Shown here piece by piece: positions 27,535 through 34,109 of a stretch of 34,109 nucleotides of DNA (the stretch's first letter is position 1; every line of letters starts with the position of its first letter). Under the pieces are notes generated by a model. The model was not told the DNA's origin. It saw only the letters and a list, made by a program, of their open reading frames with translations, and did not search any database. A program made the position numbers and the translations under genes. Source of the DNA: a virus (taxonomy: Duplodnaviria; Caudoviricetes); the IMG/VR virus record IMGVR_UViG_3300031631_000012, positions 1-34,109 of that record; one strand, 5' to 3'.

Positions 27535-28191
27535 ATGAAAGTATCAAAACAAGCCACAGTCAGAGGGTATGTGTATAGTATGATAGAGCACTATAAAGTC
27601 AAGGATACAGAATACGGCATACAAGATCTTGTAACAGAGGTATTAAGGAGGGCTAGGTTAAGACACAGCCAAGTACTTAAGTCATACTTAATAATGGCCA
27701 TTGCAGAGTTGATGTATGGAGTAGATCCCAATGCAGACTTTAGTAGTGATGCTGCAAAGTTCTTTTATGACAAAATAGACCATGTTATACTAAACATGGA
27801 CACACTTGAAAGATATGAACGTGGTAAACCACTTAAATTGAAAGTAAAACAAGTAAGCAGTAAGTCTTATCCTGCTAAGGTGATCACTACTATGTGCCCT
27901 GAGTGTAGAGGCACAGGCAGAGTGAGAGATAGAATGATGTACACTGAGTGTAGAGTATGTCAAGGGCAAGGGTCAATCCAGCAAGCAGCACCAGACTACT
28001 CAGAGGGTGGTATAGTATATTCTAATACACCACTAGCAGAAGATTGGTTTGCACTAGAAGTATCACATGCCAAGTCAAGAAGAAAAAAGTATCCAGTACA
28101 CAATGAGGAGGTAAGACTTAAAGTAAGTGTGCCAAACAAGAAGAGAAGGGTAGTGTTACTACTTAACAAAATAAATCAAGAAGAGGTATAA
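27535..28191 (+). CDS. Hypothetical protein with a DnaJ-type zinc finger
   Basis: CPECRGTG and CRVCQGQG motifs. Confidence 0.7.
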   Translation: MKVSKQATVRGYVYSMIEHYKVKDTEYGIQDLVTEVLRRARLRHSQVLKSYLIMAIAELMYGVDPNADFSSDAAKFFYDKIDHVILNMDTLERYERGKPLKLKVKQVSSKSYPAKVITTMCPECRGTGRVRDRMMYTECRVCQGQGSIQQAAPDYSEGGIVYSNTPLAEDWFALEVSHAKSRRKKYPVHNEEVRLKVSVPNKKRRVVLLLNKINQEEV

Positions 28192-28193
28192 AA

Positions 28194-28487
28194 ATGAATA
28201 TTTTTAATAAGTACTACAATAAAGGTGAAGCAGAATTGAAAGCAGGAAGAGAGCCTATTGTGTTTAAGAAAGTTGGTAGAGGATTTGAGTCTGCAATTGA
28301 CCAGATGGAAGAAGAGAAGCTAAGTGTAGAGGAAGAGACTGAGAGAAGAAGAATAATGGTTGCTAATGGTGATGTTAGTGCTATCATAGGCATTGCAGAA
28401 AAGTTAGTAGAGCTTGAAGATATCAGGATGATTATGAAAGTACTCAGAGCTGAGAAAGTAAGCTTTGTGGGAGGGGATGTTAAATAG
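28194..28487 (+). CDS. Hypothetical helical protein
   Basis: ORF track; GAGGT SD. Confidence 0.75.
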   Translation: MNIFNKYYNKGEAELKAGREPIVFKKVGRGFESAIDQMEEEKLSVEEETERRRIMVANGDVSAIIGIAEKLVELEDIRMIMKVLRAEKVSFVGGDVK

Positions 28488-28533
28488 ACTGCTGAGTAGA
28501 GGCAGTTTAAATATACTTAAAGAGGAGATCATT

Positions 28534-28851
28534 ATGAGACACTCAGGTATAGGACTACTGTTAGTACTTACTTTTCTGGTAGGAATAGTGTTAGCAGTGA
28601 ATAGTCAAGAACTATTTGATACAAGCAGAATGTTTGTACTCTTTAATGAAACCAAGACAACCATCCAAGCACAGGTTACTACTGGTAGTCTAGTACTTGA
28701 CAGGGAGGTGGTAGTAGTTAGTTCTGCTATTAGTAAACAGGAAGTAGCCTTGTTAGTACTTACTATTATGTATTTACCAATTGCTTTGGTCACTATTAAC
28801 ATTATAATAACGAAAAGGAGAAAGGACTTGCTTGATGCAAGCTACTCTTAA
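28534..28851 (+). CDS. Two-TM membrane protein (start ATG 28534)
   Basis: GAGGAG SD; two hydrophobic segments and a basic C-terminal tail. Confidence 0.7.
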   Translation: MRHSGIGLLLVLTFLVGIVLAVNSQELFDTSRMFVLFNETKTTIQAQVTTGSLVLDREVVVVSSAISKQEVALLVLTIMYLPIALVTINIIITKRRKDLLDASYS

Positions 28852-28927
28852 CCAGTCTGATGAGTCCTTAAGGACGAAACCTGCACACCATAGTTTACAA
28901 GACCATGACCGGTGTGTGGGTCACTGG
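28852..28927 (+). ncRNA. Type I hammerhead ribozyme
   Basis: Stem I CCAGU/ACUGG; core CUGAUGA; stem II GUCC-UUAA-GGAC; GAAA; stem III CCUGCACACC/GGUGUGUGGG; GUC cleavage triplet at 28920-28922. Confidence 0.93.
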
Positions 28928-28953
28928 ATAATAAACAGTAAGGAGATAAAGAG

Positions 28954-29163
28954 ATGAGGACTAAACAAATGATGAAAGCTGTACAGACAAGAAAACCTAG
29001 TACTAAGATTAGTAAGGGTGAAGAGTTTGCTAAAGTAAGTAATATTGAAAGGAGGTTGGAGGCTAGAGGTAAGCTAATAGATGTGGTAAGTACACACAAA
29101 GTACGTATGTCAAAGAAAGCAAGAAGGAGGGCAAGAAGTGAAAGAGTTGAAGACAATAGCTGA
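28954..29163 (+). CDS. Small very basic protein (69 aa)
   Basis: AAGGAG SD; K/R-rich. Confidence 0.7.
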   Translation: MRTKQMMKAVQTRKPSTKISKGEEFAKVSNIERRLEARGKLIDVVSTHKVRMSKKARRRARSERVEDNS

Positions 29164-29437
29164 ATCGGGCATAGCAGACATATTTCATGTAACAAGTGAA
29201 CCTGGAGATGCAACAAGGTATGACTATTTTGGTTACATAGCTGGCAATAGTAACTTTAACTTCATGCCATGTGACAATACATTTAAGTATCCACAGCAAA
29301 TCAACTACTATAATGTGGCAGATCTAAACTTAGTAGATGATAAGGCTACTCTTATACTTATGGCAAGAGAGACAAACTGTAATATATTCACCTTGTTGGA
29401 GTGCATAAGAACAGTTAAAGAATTATCAGGGAGGTAA
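29138..29437 (+). CDS. Hypothetical protein
   Basis: AAGGAGG SD before the GTG start; EPGDATRY motif. Confidence 0.75.
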   Translation: MKELKTIAESGIADIFHVTSEPGDATRYDYFGYIAGNSNFNFMPCDNTFKYPQQINYYNVADLNLVDDKATLILMARETNCNIFTLLECIRTVKELSGR

Positions 29438-29441
29438 AGAA

Positions 29442-30584
29442 ATGAAAGATGAGAAAATAGTATTAACACTAAGTGTTAATTATGTAAGTCACTGGACAAT
29501 ATATGATGCTCTAAGAGAGTTGTATCAGAACATATTTGATAGATATGCAGAGGATAGTAATGCAGAATGGAATAGCACAGATTGGGATATGGACGATGAA
29601 AATAAGATTGTTTTGTCACTAAGCAATCGGAATACAGTACTTGACAAGCGAACTCTAATACTTGGAGAAACAACAAAATCAGATAACAAAGATGCTATAG
29701 GTAACTTTGGAGAAGGATACAAGTTGGCTATACTTGTGCTATTAAGGAATGACATTGATGTATCAATAATAACAGAAGGTGGCACATGGACATTTAAGCT
29801 TGAACACAATGAACAATTTGACACTAAGATGTTAACTGTTTACATTGAAGATGTAATAAATACAGATGACTTAATCTTTATAATTAAAGGTATACCAAAA
29901 AAAGTATGGAATAGTTACAGTCAGCTCAACTTAAAGTTACAGAACGACTACAAGTTCATTCAAGCAGACAATTGTGAGATACTTACAGACCAAAGAAACT
30001 TGAACAAAGTATTTGTAGGTGGTTTGTTTGTTAATGATTATGAAGGTTCCTCACTTTATGGCTATAACTTTGCACCTCACATATTCCAGTTAGGCAGAGA
30101 CAGAAAGATCATTGCAGGATGGGATGCTAACTGGCAAGCATCGAAGGCCCTTGTACAGGCTACAATGGAACATGCCGAAGTACTGAGTAAGCTTATAGAA
30201 GATAAGTTCAACACTTCTGATGCTTCACATGTACATAGGTTTGTACAGACATCAGATGTACTACTTGATGCTGTGTGGAATGAGTTTGATCGAGAATACC
30301 CTGAATCATTACCCATTGACTACAACTATGAAAGAACAAACTTAATGACTAATTACTTAGACATAAAGACAGCTACAGTGTCAACTACTGTATGCGACAT
30401 ACTTAAGCTATCATCAAAGTACACAGATAGGTTAAACAGTTTTGAAGAGAGAGAGCCACAGTTACAACCTCTTGAGGTGCTTAACAACTTCTTTGAGAAG
30501 TATTCAGATAAGTTTACTAAGGAACTTGAAGGTTTGTTTGTTACAGAGATCATGTCTAAAGCTGAGAATTGGGAGACTGTATAA
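29442..30584 (+). CDS. GHKL (HATPase_c-like) ATPase-domain protein
   Basis: ALRELYQN..D (N box) and LG.T.K....IG.FGEG.KLA (G box) motifs. Confidence 0.8.
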   Translation: MKDEKIVLTLSVNYVSHWTIYDALRELYQNIFDRYAEDSNAEWNSTDWDMDDENKIVLSLSNRNTVLDKRTLILGETTKSDNKDAIGNFGEGYKLAILVLLRNDIDVSIITEGGTWTFKLEHNEQFDTKMLTVYIEDVINTDDLIFIIKGIPKKVWNSYSQLNLKLQNDYKFIQADNCEILTDQRNLNKVFVGGLFVNDYEGSSLYGYNFAPHIFQLGRDRKIIAGWDANWQASKALVQATMEHAEVLSKLIEDKFNTSDASHVHRFVQTSDVLLDAVWNEFDREYPESLPIDYNYERTNLMTNYLDIKTATVSTTVCDILKLSSKYTDRLNSFEEREPQLQPLEVLNNFFEKYSDKFTKELEGLFVTEIMSKAENWETV

Positions 30585-30586
30585 AT

Positions 30587-30670
30587 ATGGATTTATCAGT
30601 GTATCTACTACTCTTTGTAGTAGTTGGATGTATCATTATGATACTTAATGATAAGGATGACACACTTTAA
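30587..30670 (+). CDS. 27-aa single-pass membrane peptide
   Basis: Manual ORF MDLSVYLLLFVVVGCIIMILNDKDDTL, which exactly fills the gap between its neighbours. Confidence 0.6.
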   Translation: MDLSVYLLLFVVVGCIIMILNDKDDTL

Positions 30671-30952
30671 ATGAAGTGGGAAGAGAGTGAGCTTAGAGTT
30701 GTGTTATCAAGAAGAAGGTCTAAGCTCAATACAGTGCAGGAGTGTAAAGTATGCCATGCACAGCTAGACAAAGGGACACATGTAACATCTTTCAGTGTTG
30801 TAGATAGAAAGTCTGGTACACTTGAAAGATGGTATATGTGTGAGGATCATGAGTATATGTTAAATTACAATTCAGTAGAAGATTGTGAGGTATACTTACA
30901 GCAATACTTGTTAGATAGTAGATTTACTAATGAAGTATGGTTTGAGGAATAG
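30671..30952 (+). CDS. Zinc-finger-like protein
   Basis: CKVC...CEDH motif. Confidence 0.65.
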   Translation: MKWEESELRVVLSRRRSKLNTVQECKVCHAQLDKGTHVTSFSVVDRKSGTLERWYMCEDHEYMLNYNSVEDCEVYLQQYLLDSRFTNEVWFEE

Positions 30953-30962
30953 GAGTTATATC

Positions 30963-31160
30963 ATGTTAAAAAACTTTTTAGAAGAATATGCACCAGTTGT
31001 AGGTGCTGTGACAGGTTTGGCTATCTCAAGTATATCCTACATGTGGGTTACTGCACCTTTAGACCTAACAGGTGGTGGTTTAGCAGGGGCAAGACTTTTA
31101 TTTGTTATAGTAGCACTTGCAGTAACAGCTATAGGCTATTATATAGGGGATGGTATATAA
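30963..31160 (+). CDS. Small two-TM membrane protein
   Basis: AGGAG SD before ATG 30963; two hydrophobic helices. Confidence 0.7.
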   Translation: MLKNFLEEYAPVVGAVTGLAISSISYMWVTAPLDLTGGGLAGARLLFVIVALAVTAIGYYIGDGI

Positions 31161-32791
31161 TGACAGAATTAAAAAATTATCAACATCAAGAAGAAGCCAT
31201 TGAAATGTGCAAAGATTTGGAATATTCTGCTTTGTTCATGGAAATGGGGACGGGTAAGACTAGAGTGGTTATAAAAATAGCAGAGCATAAATACTTAAAG
31301 GGTGATATAGATGCTATACTACTCATAGCACCTAACCATGTGCATACGCAGTTTGTAACTGAACAGATGCCTACTCATTGCAGTGTGCCTTATACTTCCT
31401 TGATATGGAGTTCACAGAAAAAGAATAATGTGTCATATGTCAATAGGATGGATGACTTATTTACACCTAAGATGGATAAACTCAAAGTATTTGCAGTTAA
31501 TGTAGAAGCCTTTCAGTCCGATTCTATTGTACCATTTATTGCAACCTATGTTAAGCACAACAAAGTCTTTACAATAATTGATGAGGCCACAAGAATCAAA
31601 ACTCCAAAGGCTAAGAGGTCAAAGACTATACACAAGTTAGAGAAGTATGGTCAAAGGTGTATACTTACAGGTACTCCAGTTACGAAGAGTCCATTCGGTC
31701 TGTGGTCAATGTTTGAGTTTTTAAAGCACAATTATTTTGGTGTGAACTTCTTCATATTTCAAGCAAGGCATGGTGTAATGATGCAGGGTGTCAATGAACA
31801 CACAGGTGGACGATACAAGACACTTATTGATGAGAAAACATGGAATATCACACTTAACAAAATTAAAGCTTATGAGGAAGGCAGAGGTGAAGCAGGTTTG
31901 ATGTTCACTGACTTTGAGGATGTTGCTTCGGAGATGAGCTTATCTGTAAAGAATGTACTGTTCATACACAAGCAGAAGGCATTTATTAAGTACAAAAGAC
32001 TTGATGAGCTAAAGGAGGCTATTGACTCTATCACATTTTATGCAAAGAAGAAGGATTGTTTAGACTTGCCAGACAAAATATATGAAACTGTGTTCTTAGA
32101 GATGGGTAAAGAACATAGAAGAGTGTACAACACATTAAAGAGTAAAATGCTTGTAGAGTATGAAGGAAAGGATTTAACTGTGCTTAACAAGGTGGCACTC
32201 ACAACAAGACTCATGCAGATATGTGGTGGATACTTTCCATATGTAGAAGAAAAAGATATTGAGATAGGAAGTAATCTTATTACTATAGAGAAGAAGCAAG
32301 GTATGTTGATAGGCACGAAGAATATTAAGCTTGAAAGGATTAAGGAAGAGTTTGATGAAATGTCCAGCTTCCCTGTTATCATTTGGGCTAAGTTTGTACT
32401 AGAGCTTGAGAACATATATAAGGAGTTGAAGAAAGACTACAAGTGTGCTTTGTATTATGGTAAGACCAGAACAGCAGAAAGAGAAACTATAATAGAAGAT
32501 TTTAAAGCAGGGGAATATGACATACTCATCATAAACCCCTCAGTGGGTGCATTTGGACTGAACCTACAAAATGCTACAACTCAATTTTACTACTCTAATG
32601 GGTTCAATGTAGAGGAAAGGTTGCAGTCAGAGGATCGATCACATAGAATTGGAGTAAAGGGCAACTGTCTATACAAAGACTTTGCTTTTAAAGATAGTAT
32701 TGATGAGAAGATAACAAGAGCAATAACCACAGGTAGAGACATGAACGAGTTCTTTAGTGGTAACACATTAAGAGAGATATTGGAGGATTAG
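31160..32791 (+). CDS. SNF2-family helicase-like ATPase (start ATG 31160)
   Basis: MEMGTGKT, IIDEAT, LTGTP, GLNLQ.A and QSEDRSHRIG motifs. Confidence 0.93.
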   Translation: MTELKNYQHQEEAIEMCKDLEYSALFMEMGTGKTRVVIKIAEHKYLKGDIDAILLIAPNHVHTQFVTEQMPTHCSVPYTSLIWSSQKKNNVSYVNRMDDLFTPKMDKLKVFAVNVEAFQSDSIVPFIATYVKHNKVFTIIDEATRIKTPKAKRSKTIHKLEKYGQRCILTGTPVTKSPFGLWSMFEFLKHNYFGVNFFIFQARHGVMMQGVNEHTGGRYKTLIDEKTWNITLNKIKAYEEGRGEAGLMFTDFEDVASEMSLSVKNVLFIHKQKAFIKYKRLDELKEAIDSITFYAKKKDCLDLPDKIYETVFLEMGKEHRRVYNTLKSKMLVEYEGKDLTVLNKVALTTRLMQICGGYFPYVEEKDIEIGSNLITIEKKQGMLIGTKNIKLERIKEEFDEMSSFPVIIWAKFVLELENIYKELKKDYKCALYYGKTRTAERETIIEDFKAGEYDILIINPSVGAFGLNLQNATTQFYYSNGFNVEERLQSEDRSHRIGVKGNCLYKDFAFKDSIDEKITRAITTGRDMNEFFSGNTLREILED

Positions 32792-32962
32792 ATGAAGTTT
32801 AATGTACCAGCCATATTGTATCCTGATCCACCAGAAAGGGAGTCTTATCCATGCCCTGAGTGTAATGGAAGAATGACAAGTGGAACAATGTCGGAGGACA
32901 GGTACTTATGGGTGTGTAATAAGTGTAGCTATTCTTGGAATGAATTGGGTAAGGAGGATTAG
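32792..32962 (+). CDS. Small zinc-ribbon protein (56 aa)
   Basis: Manual ORF with CPEC...CNKC; GGAGG SD. Confidence 0.75.
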   Translation: MKFNVPAILYPDPPERESYPCPECNGRMTSGTMSEDRYLWVCNKCSYSWNELGKED

Positions 32963-33229
32963 ATGGAGGTGTGGAAATATCAGCTTGAACTTAAAGATAA
33001 GCAGGTTTTATCAATGCCAGTAAAAGCAAAGATTTTGAATGTGCAAACCATACGTAATAGACCTTGGTTGTTAGCACTGGTTAACCCTACAACAGATACT
33101 ACAGATAGGATAGTTAGGGTATATGAGACTGGAGATACAATAAAAGGTGGTAAGTATGCTGGCTCGCATCAGGATGATACTGGCACTTTCTTGTATCATA
33201 TTTTTGACGATGGTGAAAAGGAAGGATAG
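32963..33229 (+). CDS. Conserved phage hypothetical protein
   Basis: WKY.L...MP..A.IL.VQ...ALV.P...TG...Y.GS.Q...H.F pattern, recognised from phage proteins. Confidence 0.75.
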   Translation: MEVWKYQLELKDKQVLSMPVKAKILNVQTIRNRPWLLALVNPTTDTTDRIVRVYETGDTIKGGKYAGSHQDDTGTFLYHIFDDGEKEG

Positions 33230-33230
33230 A

Positions 33231-33515
33231 ATGGAACAACTAATAATAACTAGACACTTAGCACTTGTACAGTACTTGAGAGAATCGGGCTTAGTAAGAC
33301 CAGATGCAAAGCATGTGTCATACGCTAAGATATCGGATGTAGTTGGAAAGCATATATTTGGTATACTTCCTTTGCATGTAGCCTGTCATGCCGAGAAGAT
33401 GACAGAGCTACAGTTAAGACTACCAGTAAACAAAAGAGGTGTGGAGCTTACTGTTGAGGAAGTAAAGACTTTCTGTTTGGAGCCTAAGACTTATTCTATA
33501 AGAGAGGTGGACTAA
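33231..33515 (+). CDS. csx16: Csx16 (Cas_VVA1548)-like protein, putative ring nuclease (start ATG 33231, 94 aa)
   Basis: ITRH.A...L...G, G.LP.H.A and L.LP...RG.EL..EE...Y.I motifs, with Csx16-like spacing and length. Confidence 0.75.
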   Translation: MEQLIITRHLALVQYLRESGLVRPDAKHVSYAKISDVVGKHIFGILPLHVACHAEKMTELQLRLPVNKRGVELTVEEVKTFCLEPKTYSIREVD

Positions 33516-33733
33516 TGAAGGATAAGAAGTATACTCTAACTGTGTCCCTACTTTGGAATAGTGAAAAAGGCAAGCAAGACCTAGGAGTATCACGTATCAA
33601 TGATGGTTTTAATGCGTATGAGGTACTAGGTATCTTAGCAGAAGCACAGGATGATATACTGAACCAGATGAAGGGGCATATTAAGCCGGATGTAGTAACA
33701 AGACAAGTAATAGTAGATAAGGAGATGAACTAA
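33515..33733 (+). CDS. Hypothetical protein (72 aa)
   Basis: TAATG coupling on both sides. Confidence 0.7.
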   Translation: MKDKKYTLTVSLLWNSEKGKQDLGVSRINDGFNAYEVLGILAEAQDDILNQMKGHIKPDVVTRQVIVDKEMN

Positions 33734-34109
33734 TGAAAGAGACACCAGATTTCTTAAAAAATCAGAAAGATGAGGGTATGACTGAAAAGGAGATGCAAAG
33801 TCTTGAAGATCTAATAAAGGGTTATGACGAAGCACAAGCAGAGGTGAAACGTATTGAGAAACTTCTTAAACTTGCTAAAGATAACTTTAATCATATTGCA
33901 CTAAAGCTAGTGCCAGACCTTCTTTTAACACATGGAATGTCCAAAATAAGTCTTACTGATGGTAGAGAAGTAAAAGTTAAAGAGGATATATCTGCAACAG
34001 TAACAGATGATATTGCCTTTAGACAATGGCTTAGAGACAGAAAGGAAGAGAGTATCATCAAGGTTAAGTACCAGTTTACAGACTTACAGACTGAGCAAAT
34101 GTCTGGTCT
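33733..34109 (+). CDS. Conserved phage replication-region protein, truncated by the window edge
   Basis: Open frame MKETPDFLK...; a coiled coil followed by P.L....G......DG..V.V...F..WLR.....IIK. Confidence 0.7.
   Translation, partial: MKETPDFLKNQKDEGMTEKEMQSLEDLIKGYDEAQAEVKRIEKLLKLAKDNFNHIALKLVPDLLLTHGMSKISLTDGREVKVKEDISATVTDDIAFRQWLRDRKEESIIKVKYQFTDLQTEQMSG

Noticed and set aside
28534-31160. Two-TM proteins as holins
   Set aside because: They lie in the early arm and are not adjacent to a lysin; topology alone is insufficient.
1-34109. tRNAs, integrase, reverse transcriptase/DGR, alternative genetic code, and host assignment
   Set aside because: None seen, and genes tile well in the standard code. 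A spirochaete-like host is conceivable from the sigma54, FlbD and M23 hints but cannot be supported without searches.

Overview
Fragment of a tailed dsDNA phage (siphovirus-like), with two divergent arms. The left arm (1-20426, minus strand) is a complete morphogenesis module: terS, terL, portal, protease/scaffold, decoration protein, major capsid, neck genes, major tail, chaperone, tape measure, baseplate and tail fibre, followed by a truncated class-3 lipase-like gene. A repeat-rich non-coding block (~20460-21640) may contain the genome ends. The right arm (plus strand) begins with an AT-rich island of tiny early genes, including a very acidic DNA-mimic-like protein. A second non-coding block (~24150-25600) holds GA/CA repeats, a consensus sigma54 promoter and origin-like repeats. 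An early/middle operon follows, with an HTH protein, M23 peptidase, GHKL ATPase, SNF2 helicase and a Csx16-like protein. The strongest unexpected signals are a complete type I hammerhead ribozyme at 28852-28927, the phage-borne Csx16-like putative ring nuclease, the sigma54 promoter reading into a CU-rich repeat, and a terminase with deviant Walker A and B motifs. All protein calls come from motif recognition by eye and from synteny; no searches were run.
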